A stretch of 64,000 nucleotides of DNA. Origin: Polymyxa betae A26-41 (taxonomy: Eukaryota; Protista; Endomyxa: Phytomyxea). The translations under genes and the position numbers were made by a program. The notes beneath the pieces were generated by a model, which worked only from the letters and a program-made list of their open reading frames with translations, was not told the DNA's origin and searched no databases. The DNA lies in contig RBZT01000409.1 of assembly GCA_003693705.1 (NCBI GenBank), positions 57,514 through 121,513 on the forward strand, given 5' to 3'. Below are positions 41,395-54,715 of the stretch, piece by piece. Position 1 is the stretch's first letter. Each line of letters begins with the position of its first letter.

Positions 41395-43326
41395 ATGTCG
41401 TTAGTAGATATTGAGGATGGAATGCCAAAGGATGCTCCAACTTCATTAGATGTATTAACACCATCGTTATCTGGACGTTATATACAGAATCAAATACCTA
41501 AGGTAATGCATAGACATGAATGAATAGATTGTATATTTGAATATGTATATGAATAGTATAAACTAGCAGACAGTGAGATGTCCTCTGTAATCGCATATGA
41601 GATGATTCATGAAGAGATTAGTAATGAGACTCCTGCCTTTATGGTATTGTTATAGTTGTAGGTAGTGATATTGATATTGATGATAGAATCTGTCATCATA
41701 TGTAACTACATGGATGGAACCAGAAGCAGACAAATTGATTCATGAGACACAGAATAAGAATCTTATTGACTTGAATCAATATCCCATTATTAACCAAATT
41801 AATACTCGTTGTATTGCTATCATCGCAGATCTACTTCATGCCAATAAATCAGCATATGGGACCAGCACGGCCGGATCGTCGGAGGCGTGCATACTGGCTG
41901 GACTTGCTATGAAGATCATCTGGCAACGTAAATACACTCGGGTTCTGGTCACGTTACATCACTGATGTTACGTTACAGAACGAATGACGACATCGGAGTC
42001 AACTGAAACGAAATTGGAGAGCCATGTTCGTCCAAATCTGGTTATATCATCATCTGGACATTTTATTTGGAAGAGATTCTGGTATATGAGATGAACACGA
42101 GCAATAGAAACCCCTAAACCCTAATTCAGTGAATGGTTTGATGTGGAATATCGTCAAGTACCACCAGAACGTCAACATACTCAAGTATCAGCTACATCAT
42201 ATAGATCATATATAGATCAGGGAACTATTGGCATTGTATTGATTCTGGGAACTACCCTGACGGGCCAGTACGAGCCGATACGTGCTGTATCAGATATATT
42301 AAGTGAGATTGAGAGAGATCAGGGTCTCAAGGTCGGAATCATGTTTATTGATCATATTGATATACTGTTATATAATAATACTTTTATAGATTCCAATACA
42401 TATTGATGCAGCTATTGGTGGTTTCTTTGTACCATTTATTGATCATCATATTCAATGGGATTTTCGAATTGATCAAGTTGTTAGTATTAATGCATCTGGA
42501 CATAAATATGGATTGGTATGAATGTCATATATATGAGATATATATTATATTCATTAATCTATATAGACATATCCAGGTATTGGATGGCTTATATTTCGAT
42601 CTAACCAATACTGTCCTGGACAGCTACGACATCGTCTTGATTATCCAGATATTGAATCACATGATCATCTATCTATCAGTTTAACGCGATCAGCTGCACC
42701 TATTATAGCTCAATATTGTTAGTAATTGTGTTATATCATGTTCATATATGTGATTATGTAATTAGATAACTTTATACGTCTTGGACGTCAAGGATATACT
42801 CGTATTATGGCTAATATTAGATCTATAGCTCAATATCTTTATGATGCATTTAACAAGAATTGTTCGGATATATTCCGACAATTAAATGATCCATCATCAG
42901 GATTACCAGTTCTGTAAGTTCATCTTTCCCATATGATTTCTCTGAACTAATCAATTTTTTCAGTGTGTTAACATCAGCTGAAGGTTCTGATATTAAAATT
43001 ACTAATCTATCTCGTATGTTATCATTACGTGGATGGACAGTACCTACATATCAAGTTCCATATGCTAATGATCGTATTGATGTCATTCGTATAGTTGTAC
43101 GTGAAGGATTTAGTCGTGATCATGCTGAGATCCTGTTTAATGCTGTCATGGAATCTATTCACGAAATTCGAGTAATGATCTTATATGTAGTTCATCCATA
43201 GAGATTGTATATTAAATGATTGATTAGGAAGAGCCAGCAGGGAAGAAAGGACGTCATGGAACTCGTAAGGGGAAGATCTCTCATGAACCAGATCAACATG
43301 GTCGTATAAAACATAGTATCTGTTAA
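41395..43326 (+). CDS. GAD: Glutamate decarboxylase (PLP-dependent), multi-exon
   Basis: [61 protein letters not shown] (PLP lysine), [17 protein letters not shown]. Confidence 0.93.
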
Positions 43327-43488
43327 CTCGTATAATATTCTATGCTGTTCCTGCATCTGTCTGCTATCAAATAAATGCATCTTCTGCTGATTGATATTTC
43401 ATTTGGCGGTACGCGTGCGATCTGACATGAATCAATATCTGAGCACAAAGATTCAGATACAACGAATTAGTATTTAGTAGTGCAGCAA

Positions 43489-44852
43489 ATGTCGGAGGAG
43501 GTTGATAAAGCTGTTAGTCGACGATACGAAATGCTGAAAAAGCTCGGTAAAGGAGCTTATGGCATTGTCTGGAAAGCAATCGATAAGAAAGCTGGCAAGA
43601 ATGTCGCTGTCAAGAAAATCTTTGATGCATTTCAGAATGTTGGTGATGCCCAGCGAACATTTCGTGAGATTGTGTATTTGCAGGAACTTGATGGGCATGA
43701 TAATATCATCAAATTGTTGAATGTATTGAAAGCAGCGAATGATATGGATATCTATCTAGTATTTGAGCTTCTAGAGACAGATGTTCATAATGTTATTAAG
43801 GCCAATATATTAGAAGATGTTCATAAGAGATACATTATCTATCAGATTGCGAAAGCATTGAAATATGTTCATTCAGCTGAGCTACTCCATCGTGATCTTA
43901 AGGTTCGTAATCTCACTCTCAAATATTGAACCCTGATCTTATCTATTATCTGTATTTTATCTTAGCCTAGCAATATCCTTATTGATGCTGAATGTCATGT
44001 AAAACTTTGTGATTTTGGTCTAGCACGTTCTGTAGCTGATACAGAGACTGAATCAAGTAATTGTGTATTGAATATATTACTGTGACAATGGTTGAGCTAA
44101 TATTTATTATAATAGATAATGTATTGACAGAATATGTGGCAACACGATGGTATAGAGCACCAGAGATTCTACTTGGATCTACATTGTATGGCAAGTTGCA
44201 AAACCCTAAAAATCTCAATTAACCTGTGCTGAATGTCAGATACAAAAAAGCAATTGATATGTGGTCTCTGGGATGTATATTAGGAGAGCTGCTACGAGGA
44301 GCACCAATGTTTCCAGGAACTTCAACAATGAATCAGATTGAATTAGTATTAGAAGTAACTGGACAGCCATCAGAGCAAGATATTGCTGCTATTCAATCAC
44401 CATTTGCTCTAACTATGTTGGAACCAATGAAACATATCAAACAGATTCCAATCAATGAACTCTTTGTCAATGCTTCACCAGATGCCATCTCATTACTGAC
44501 CGGATTATTACAGGTATGATGATTAGGGTTTAGGGTTTCACAATTTACTCACAATGCTCTATAGTTCAATCCAGATAAACGGCTGACAGCCGAGCAAGTC
44601 CTCCAACATCCATATCTAGCTCAATTTCATGATCTTGCTACAGAGCCAGTATGTCATAGTGCCATCTTGGCCACATTGCAGGATAATCGCAGATTCACGG
44701 TTGAAGAATATCGAAATCAGCTCTATAAGAATATTATGGATAGAAAGAAGAATTTAAGTCGTCAAAGTAAAAGCAGACGGCGAGATAAGAAAGTTAGTAA
44801 TGATGAATCTGTTCATTCATCGGTCGATAAAGAGGATGATGTTATTGAATAA
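43489..44852 (+). CDS. MAPK15: MAP kinase 15 / ERK7-8
   Basis: [21 protein letters not shown]...[34 protein letters not shown]. Confidence 0.95.
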
Positions 44853-44866
44853 ATGTCTTGATTGAA

Positions 44867-45146
44867 TTATTTCATGGCGATCTTCTTGGAGAAGTATATA
44901 TTGGCAAACTTACCAATATCATGTGGTTTTACTCGAAGTACTTCTTTCATGAAATTGTTCAGCAATGTTGAAATCTCGGGATGCTCACGAATATATAGTT
45001 CGTTTTGGACATAGATTGTGCTCTACAGACACACTAAGATTGCAATATAGGAAAACTTCATAATGGCTAACCTTAGATTTCGAGAATTCGACAAGCTCAT
45101 TCTGGGTTAAATATGGAACTAAATCGGGGAACTGCTCCTCAGACAT
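44867..45146 (-). CDS. Small RIIa dimerisation/docking-domain protein (RIIAD1-like), 2 exons; not in the ORF track
   Basis: Hand translation: MSEEQFPDLVPYLTQNELVEFSKSK|STIYVQNELYIREHPEISTLLNNFMKEVLRVKPHDIGKFANIYFSKKIAMK*. Confidence 0.7.
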
Positions 45147-45446
45147 TTCGATGTTAAAACCCTATATGTACAATAGTTCGATCGGTCTAGCAACCATTAA
45201 GATTTGCAGCAGATAACTTGTCTACCTATGTTTCTCATATTCATACATAATTAGAATACATATGATGATTGATTGTTGAGTATGTAGTTATAATGATAAC
45301 CGATAATACTGAGTTCAAATTAACCACCTGCTGATATTTGAGAGCGCGCAGTCTCTTTCAAGTTTGAAATCACTTACTCAATAGAACTGGTAATTAAGCA
45401 GACAGTGATTGGGTGTTAATTGTCTACTGTCTACACTGCTCTCATC

Positions 45447-45807
45447 ATGGCAGAGACAACTGATATCACCACAGCTTCATTCGCCGATCTCTTAGCTGCT
45501 GCGCCTGTATTCGAAAAGCAATGCGCCAAGATTCGCCAACAGTATTGTGAATGCAAGCAAAAGAGCCCGAACCCTGCCAACTGCTCCGAATTGGGCAAAA
45601 AGCTCATCCAAGAGCATCAAACACAGTATTCTTCATTCGACGCTATTGGTAAATTTTCATAATGCTTGTAGATTAGATCGCGTAAAGAGCTCTCAATGCT
45701 CCCAGGTGTATCAAGATCTAGCTGCTTGTTTAAAAGATTCACGATTTAAGCTGCGGCCATGCATGAAAATCCACAAACAACTTGAACAATGTGCCAAAGC
45801 ATTATGA
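45447..45807 (+). CDS. NDUFA8: NDUFA8-like complex I accessory subunit (CX9C protein), 2 exons
   Basis: LLAAAP...CAKIRQQYCECKQKSPNPANC...CSQVYQDLAAC...CMKIHKQLEQC spacing matches the NDUFA8 family. Confidence 0.7.
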
Positions 45808-45891
45808 TATCCTTATATCCATTGAGAAGTAACAAGCGCACAACAATAACAGCTACATTGTATAATGAATTTAGGTTGGATTGCATCCATT

Positions 45892-47875
45892 CTAACCCCA
45901 GAATCGACTAAGCCATCCAGTTGCGGTTGATGTTCTACGAGACAGCTTGCTTTCTAGAGATGGGTATGTCAAACCGGCTGCAGCCAGATCGAACTGAACC
46001 GGTTTGTGCTGAGTACTAACAAACGATGGCGGCAGCTCCATAATAAGTCCAGATCCTAAAACAATGTCAACGTCAATAAGACAGCCCCACTAATAATTAC
46101 CTTCATGCCAAGTCTGCAGTCGCTGCAACAACGGGACCGTTCCAGCATCTACGGTTTTGTTTGATTCATCTTCAGAGCTGATCGACAACCGAGCAATAAT
46201 AGAAGCTTGTCGTGCTTGGGCGATGAATTGAACATCGGCAGCAGGATAGGTAGCGATACTTTTCTCGAAGAAATATGCAGCTCCTTCCCAAGTCCCTTGA
46301 ACAGCGAGCTTCTTGCCCAAATAGAAATAACGATGAGCAGAGAAACGAGGTCGCAGCTCTGGGTCAATCTTTGCCTCTTCTGCCTCCAGTAAGGCCAAAT
46401 TAGATAGAATCTTTTCACACATAACAACTAGATCATCCGGAGACACACGAGATCCTACGAAGTTGCAATCAGATATAATCACCATTGGTGTACACCGACA
46501 TACCTTGATCGACTTGCGAAGAGAGCTGCTTGAAAAGATTGAGATCGCGCTGCAGGGTGACCTGGAGTTTGTTAAAGGATACAAATCCTAGAAGGTCATT
46601 TAGGGCAGCTTTATCGGTATCATTTAGTTCTGCGTTCTTCAGAGAGGAAACAATTGCACTCCGGGCAACGTCTAAAGCATCGAAGCAAGCGAGAATAACA
46701 TTTGGTAATGTGGAATCTGATAACACTTAGGAAAACAATTTGGTAAGTAAATGACTGAATCCAACCGGTAATGGATGATTTCATATCACAAGCTTTAGCA
46801 ATTGCATTCTTCACTGCTTCTGACTTGATCGGAATACGACGGTTCTTAAACGTAATATTATCAACAGCATTGGCGATAATCTGGGAGTCACGTTCTTGAC
46901 GAGCAGCCGCCAATTTAGAACTCAGAACGACATCTAAACAAATTCTTGACCAACAAGAAAATTAACTTCAAGATATACAAACCTAACTCTGAACCAAGAG
47001 GTAAATCAGAACTAGTAGTTCCTCCCTGGAATAAATCAATCAGTAACATATTGCATTTACGAAAGCACACGATACGAACCTGTTTGGTCTTGTATTGACA
47101 AAAACGGATACTTGGCTGAATCAATTCAAGCCTTGAGCGATAAATCTCACGCTGCTGCTCAGTCTCAGCAATTTCTAAGAGCGAGTTAAGAACCTGTTAG
47201 CTCAAAGAATTAACTACGTAGGTGAGGATTAAAGATCAGTATAGGTTAAACCTTTGATGAACGTGTAAATGCAGCAAGAGCTTTGTCGAGCTGTTCATGC
47301 TCAAGATAGACATTGCCAGACATCCAAGAATAATAACATTCTGCTTGTAAATGTGTGAACGTATCAGCTCTTTGTTCACAAATCGTCATCAAGTGCTCAG
47401 CCCATCTCATCGCCTTATTGAGACGCCGGCGCATATGGAACCGAGACCGGCTGGCTTCTTCAACGACGTCGGTCTTAATTTCCATAGCGTGAGCCCATGC
47501 ACGCTCAGTCAAGTTCAATAAGATCAAAAAATGTCTTCAAAAAAGTATCTCAACGGGCTCGGCGCACAGAGAATTATTGCTACCTAGGGTGGTTAACAAC
47601 ATCGGGTTCGATCTTCTTCTGGACAAATTTGCCCTTGCCATGCAGAAAACGTACAGATTTGCGGAGGCGGCGAAGTCGCCGAGAACAATATGCACGATAA
47701 CGAATAAAATTCTTCTGACGAAGACCATTAGCCATCTGGCTTTGATAAATTTCAGAAAAGACTGCAACAAGAGCTCAATCAGCTGATTTGGGATGTTGGA
47801 ATCTGAATTACTATCAAGGGTCAGACGTGTTGCAGGCGGTTCAGGCAGGAGGACTCCATCATCGGCCTGAGACAT
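45892..47875 (-). CDS. SRP68: Signal recognition particle subunit SRP68
   Basis: NGLRQKNFIRYRAYCSRRLRRLRKS, ERAWAHAMEIK, PSIRFCQY, C-terminal KPVQFDLA...GWLSRFWG*. Confidence 0.92.
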
Positions 47876-48035
47876 TGATATTCCCGGCAGAATATGACAA
47901 ACAAAAGACGCAATGAAATGTACAAGGACTCCAGGAAATCTGCGTTACAACGTCTTTCAATTTAAATATGGTGAATAACACAGCCCATGGCTCAACAATG
48001 TGAATAATGTGTTCTCATACAGTGTGTTAAATATA

Positions 48036-49882
48036 TTAACTATAAGAGTAATTCAAACGAGATATAACGTCTTGAACAATCTCATAGTGCTGGTCTAGAG
48101 CGGCTATTAGCGCTGGTCGCGCTTTGGTTCGGGGGCAGTTCCGCCGTCGTTTGATTTCTCTCATCATTGATTCCGCTTCCGATAATGACAGGCAATCGGT
48201 GATCTCATCCATATCAGCCTAAAAAACTCTTTGAACAGCAGCTGGAGCAAATTTATGGAGCTCTTACTGCAATAATGGCTGCATCCATTCGAGCGTCAAT
48301 ATCTGACAATGTTTTAGTTCTTTTACAGTCAAACCACGGAAGGAAATTGGGTCCTTCGATGATGTCCAGCATTAGTGCAGAAATTCTTTTCTTTGAAGGT
48401 ATATACCGTTTTAACGGCGATAGACCTTCTTTAGAGGACATGAGATTTTTCAGAAATTGCTCGGGGTGAAACTCGGGAAATTTCGGTTGATCCAGGAAAG
48501 GATTGAAAACTTGTTGATTACCTTTTCTTGGAACGTATGGAACTGGCTTAAACATTGAATCAAAAGATCTCATAAATGACGCTGTAAGGGACGAAAAGTA
48601 TTGGCGTAATTCAGCATTCTTGTCATTACAGCAATCCAATGCTCTCAGAAATTCTTTATCGCATCTGATCTGAGGTTTATATTCGGTTATAAGAACAGGA
48701 TCTGAGGCTTCATCCAATCGGAGGACGTTTGGAAAATCAACAAGTGAGTCTAGAAAGAATATGCTGGTTGCTCCCAGAATGCAACCTGGTAATCTGCTAT
48801 GATTGCACATAGTTCTATGAATAAGCAGTTCACTCCACAGTATCTGAATGTGATCAATAACTTACAAATATCCCCTGTAATCAGGGTCGCTTAAAGTAAA
48901 ATAAGGTCGGTAATCGGCATGGTATACGAACGAGGGGGATATCAAAGAGATTAAGCCCAGAACAATATTTGTAGAAGCAGTGGGGTTATCGGCTATGATT
49001 AACAAAGGAGCACCTATTTCAGATTGTTAAAAGCGAGAACAAAAAGGTATGCAGCGATTGGACCTTTCATGGTCAGCTCCCACAGGGTCCAAAGACGATC
49101 TAAACAGCTTCTAAATGTGTCATATATCTTAATGTGTGTAAAGGATCCATAGAAACTATTGGTCTGAGTGTGCAAGTTCTCTTCAACGTTCACAGAAATC
49201 ACCTAAATCTGGTTAGGCTATTGTAATCAAGCTTATTCATTACGTAGTACAAAACCTGCCCTAGAAAAGGTAGCTGGATAATACCCCTTGCAGATAGAGG
49301 GTCAGGCCAACCGCTCCAATTATGGGCAGCTGCTTCTGCAGTGTGGTTCTTAGTGACAGATTCGAAATGCATTCCTAATCCGTTTTCTCACCGATAACAG
49401 AAATTAGACCATGCTCAAAGTAGATAGGTGCCAGCACAGAAATGATTGATTCCCACAGTTCAATTAATGGCAGCTTCGACAGAATTACAAACGATTTCTG
49501 GAAATAGCCCCGAGAAGCCGTCGAATCTGGAATCTGACGAAAGCATACAATTGCAAACAAGTCTTCGGTGGCTATTCGTATTGTGAATAGTCGATCTCCG
49601 AGATTTGCTTTAGAAGAATCAGGAATAGACTATGCAACAGCTCTTCAAATTTACAGACAACATTTATACCGATTTCCTAATACTTGCCGTCATCTGTATA
49701 ATGTATGTGAGATGATCTGATAGAATGCCTTCTGGATAGACACATTCAATGATTGGACCGTGATCGATATCGAACTGGACGACAGCGACAGCATAGATCC
49801 AGCGTCTGATGGCTTCAGCATCTCTAGAGAGCCGATTACTCAGGTCGGGATCCAATCGAGCCTTGCCGTCTGAGTCTGTCAT
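48036..49882 (-). CDS. DENND6: DENN domain protein, DENND6/FAM116-like Rab GEF
   Basis: VVQFDIDHGPIIECVYP, FRQIPD...RGYFQKSFV, LWTLWEL, DYRPYFT, ILGAT, LRQYFSSLTASF. Confidence 0.85.
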
Positions 49883-51592
49883 CAATCAATGGAAGATATT
49901 TTGACGGGTCCTCAGCAAAGCAGAATCCGGCTTCATAATATGTAATTTGATATTGTAGATAGAGGAAATCACCGTCTAATAACTGTTAATGATAGCTACG
50001 CCAGCTAAAACCGATCTGTTAGAAACATATTCCAGGAGAGATCGTTAAGGAAAGAATGGTTTTATATTTGGACCTGATGAGTTCAGTGAGCGTTGGGATT
50101 CGAGATTTGGGGTGGATGCAACTACTTCATGTGATCCCTGTCCATTTCATGCAATTATAGTTGCACGCCAGCAGCAGCTGTGATTTTTTATATGCACAAA
50201 ACACCCCAAAGTAGGATCGTAAGAAATTACGAATACACTCGGCAATATTAATTCACTATTATGTAAGTACCAAAGTGAGTGATTAATTTCCGCTTGTAAT
50301 GCCAGTGTATAAAAGAATTGGAATTTAGCATCAAGTTACGGTATGGAAACTCCTACCGCTTTACCAACTGTATTATCAGTATAGTTTGATGAAACAGAAA
50401 GCAATGAAGTTAATGGGGATTGTAAAGATCTTGAAATGATGAAATTATTACGTATATAGTCCTATTTCCGGACGAATTTATAGTTATATGTGTTGCATTG
50501 GTGTAATTGATTATATAATTCTCCATCAACTAAAATATATTCAAGACTGATATATGTTTTATTCTGAGTTCATTGCAACCAATTCAATTCCAGACACTTT
50601 CTACAAGTGTTACTACATGGGAGATTATCAAGAGCGACGATATTGTGGCGTCTTCGTCTTCATGCGAAGACCCACTTATATCATCTACTGCATGTGCATC
50701 CGGCACCCTTCTAACTAAAGGTGGGTAGATCAACCGGTACATGAATTTCATGAACGGTTAACGATCGGTTAACCAGTTAAAAGTAGATTTAGCGAATTGC
50801 ACGATATATTAATCCGAGAATGATAGGACCACCTGATGCAGCAGATTTCCTGACAATCAATGTGATGGTAGGTAGTTATGTTTAAGTAGAACAGAACCAT
50901 TCCGAACTGTACCAGTTGATAAAGAAAAATATTTTTATATATAGGTTACTGAATTGAATCGAAGTTACAGCAATTGAACAGAAAGCGTCATTAATCTATG
51001 TATAAGTATAACGGAATAACAGAACTGAATACATAACACAAGGTTGTTTTTGGCAACGCTATCTGCTTGTATGTACAATCGATCAGGCGTTATGGTGAAA
51101 ATAGATAAGATAGCAAATCAAATGTTGCCATGATTTACTGATACCGTTTCTTTCAAGTTGGCTACACGTAGCATGAAGAAACCCAAAAATAATGAATCGA
51201 TAATTGGGACTTCGGAAATATCAACTGGTGAAATAGATTAGTGGTTTGCTGGTGGTGAAGTGATAGTATATATGGGAGGAGCTATTGATATTTCGATATG
51301 GGTTTACTGGGAGTTCCACTTTGGACCGGTAGCCGGTAGGCGAAGAATTTCAGCGTGGTGGCAATGCTTGCGCATACATCATGTCTTAATATGGTCCAAT
51401 ATTAGACATGGGATTACTAATAATAGATCTAAATGACTTGTAAACATTGATTGTGGCGCATTATTGCAGTCACCTTGAATATTTCACTATTTTATCACTC
51501 ACCGACATTCTCATTATTGGTTCTCTCTTCCAACTCTCACAATTTTCTACTGAATTTCTTGTCTTCTGCCATACTAACTTAGCATCATCAAT

Positions 51593-52604
51593 ATGCCTGC
51601 GTGTATTTGTAAACACCCTGGATACAGCCAGTTTTTTGGGACTTTTGCTGGCGAATGGTTAGGTTTTCTCTCTGGAGATGTTTCATGTCATTGATCTTAT
51701 TACAGCGTATATACTCATGCACAAATGATCCCTGAGATTCTAGGTTTGTCTGCTTATTACTATACTTTAACAATACGAATATTGAATTGCTGCAAGGGTT
51801 TTGCTCATTATTGACGTGGATTTGTGCTGGCCTTCCTCAATACTTTAGTAATTATCGAAATAAGCAAGCAGAGGCTCTAGCTCCAATGCTTTTCATCATC
51901 CGGTATTGAATTATTCTACCATCTATGATATGGTCATCAACTGACATGAGTTTTGCTGTAGAGGATTTGGTGATATCTCAATGCTTATTGGTACTGTTCT
52001 TGAAGGGGCTACAATACCCATTCAAGCAGTATCTGCATTCTTTATAATGGACGATATCATTATGCTCTCTCAACTCTATTACTATACTCATATTTATAAG
52101 AAACACAAACTACCAACGACTGTTCCAATGACAACTCCAGGCAATTCTAAACAGACAGTTGCAATGTTTGCTATTGCATTGATATCAACTGGTGCTCTTA
52201 CTGCTAATACGTTTCTGGTCTCTTCATCCAATGCCGTCTCACGATCGTTGCTCCAAGAAGGCCCTTATTGCGATAATTTTGGTCGATCGCCACTTGAACA
52301 AACCATTGGAAGCTGGTTTATCTGGGCTGGAAGCGCAATCTATTTTCTGTCGCGAATTCCTCAAGTGTTCAAGAATTGGCAGAATCAACAATGCGATGGA
52401 CTGTCAATAGGCATGTTCTTGATGTTTGCGATAGCGAATATCACATATGGAGGTCAAGTTATTCTCAAAGCGATCCTCAACAATATGGATTTCAATACGT
52501 TCATGGAGAGGAAATTCAACTTTGTTATAGGGAGTTGTGGGGTTTTATTCTTCGATGTGGTTATTATCATCCAGAGTAAAATATACAATCACGCAAGTAA
52601 ATAG
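51593..52604 (+). CDS. PQ-loop repeat lysosomal/vacuolar amino-acid transporter
   Basis: Two PQ loops (LPQYFSNYR, SRIPQVFKNW...DGLSIGMF) and a 7-TM pattern. Confidence 0.88.
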
Positions 52605-52754
52605 ATAAACTGTAATATTGTCATTATATTTGTTCTTAATTCTCAGTTTACTTACTGCATACTGTTTTGTTGAATGTAATTATTAATAACCTGAAATGAT
52701 GTGCAAGTACTGACGAAGTACTAAATGAATAGAGAGAGGGCAAGTACCATAGTT

Positions 52755-54627
52755 ATGGCTTTAGGTCCTGTCCTGCTTCTAGCATTCACTAATGTTCTAT
52801 ACTTTGCATTCGCATGGCACTGGTTCAAACGGCAACTCTTCAAGGACTACGAAGTCAGGAACACCTTAGTTCGAGCTGTGTTCGCCAGTACATTCGCTCT
52901 GTCGTGCTCTCTGCTACAGCTTCTTGTCTTCGAAGTCGGTCGCTACTTTTTGGCAACATCCTCTTGCTTCTGGTTTACATTGTAGTGTATAGTTGACTGA
53001 TTTCTTTGATCGAGATACTAGATGGTTAAGCTGGAAGATTTCGCTGTCATTCATGATCGTCCTTACAGTTGTGGTATTTTTATCATCATTGTCACTTGAT
53101 TTTTTTTTAAATGCCAATTGTAGTTAAACCCTTTCTATTCAATATTTCATTATCTTGTAGAACGCGATTGGAAACGATTGCATGCTTTTCAAGCTGCTGT
53201 TCTCATCTTATGCCCGATCATGTATTTTTTTTGGAAGATTGGCAAATTTTTCCCAATCCTGAAAGAATCCCAATCTGAACAGTATTGCCTCTTTGGTGGG
53301 ACTTCGTTATATGGCTCCTTCACATCAGGTTGCTCACTGGATTGCTAGATCTTTTGACAATAGAGCAAGCTGTTAGCCGTATTGGAGTGATTGGTGTAGC
53401 AGTTATGGCTGTTTTATCTGGGTATCAGTCTTTATCCATATAAACCCAGTTTTCATATTGGTTTTAGGTTCGGTGCTGTTCATTGCCCATATTCATATTC
53501 GTTCTCGACCGATACTCGAATTCAGGTAGTGTGCCGCCTATTTCTCTATTTGCATCTAAATACATAAACGTTAGTCAAGTGAAATAACCCGGTTGGAAAG
53601 GCAGTTATTGCAATGTATGGGTGTGATATTGTCGCGTCAGAAAAAGCTTGTTCTTTGTCAGTACCGATTGAAGAGTCTCATTCAAGGCGAATCGCTGGCA
53701 GTTGCAAACAGAAAAGAATCTCGAGGATTGCTTTCTCGGTTCTGGGCGAGAACCCCTTCGGAGATTCAGCAAGTTCGTAATGATGCTATTTAACAATCTG
53801 GACAAGTGTTAACACTTGGGCAGCTACAGACTGAGATTCGATCATTAAACGAAGAGATTCGAAGAAGTGAACATCTGGGTGTTCAGCTGTTCAATGAGGT
53901 ACAGTGGTAGTCATCACCGTGTCTTCAATTGGACAATAACAGATATTCATTAGGTACACGAATTGCATCTTGCTCGAGAACAGCTGGAGTTCAGTAAGAC
54001 CTGTATGGGCCAGTATTACACGTTGTTGGGTTATATTATGTCCATTATTTGTGTGTATAAGATTATTATGGCATCAATCAATGTCATATTTCAGCGAAAA
54101 CAAGGCAAAGATCCCATCACAAGGTTCTTTGAGATTGTATTCCAAAGGATATTGGATTTTCAAGTAATGACTTTTGCATGAAATCGCAAATCTTTTCATT
54201 TCGCTTGTTAGGTCGATCTAAGATTTTGGTCGCAGCATATCTCTTTTATATTTGTTGGCATCTTAGTATTTACACAGGTATGCTATGCCTTTCCAGTATC
54301 TTTTCTACCGATATTGATCTAAGACGGTAGGTCCGAAGCTTCCTGCTTCAGTTAACGCGGGTCTTTAGTGCTAATTCTTCAGATCTGACTTCGAATATAT
54401 TTATCCTTCTTCTTGCAGAGATAATGGGGGTCTATTTTGTCAGCTCTGTGCTGTTGATGAGGGTCAATCTTCCACTTGAATACCGCCAAATTATTACCGA
54501 CGTTTTGGGTGATCTGGAATTTGATATATTCCACGCCTGGTTTGATGCTATATTTATTATCGCAGCCATAATCACTCTTTTATGGTTTAGTTTTCAAAGG
54601 AAGAGATCTTCTATTAAGCTGGAATAA
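52755..54627 (+). CDS. GPR89: Golgi pH regulator / GTG (GPR89), multi-exon
   Basis: RQLFKDYEV, FASTFALSCSLLQLLVFE, SRIGVIGVAVMAVLSGFGAV, GVYFVSSVLLMRVNLPLEYR, WFDAIF. Confidence 0.95.
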
Positions 54628-54715
54628 ATCCATATTATCATGACGGAATCCTACTGTGATTATACTGATCTGATGCAGATGTGTGAGATGACAGTCGGTC
54701 GCAGTATCAGTAAAT

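Noticed and set aside
50073-50110. CTGATGAG as a hammerhead ribozyme core
   Set aside because: No correctly placed stem II-GAAA or flanking stems.
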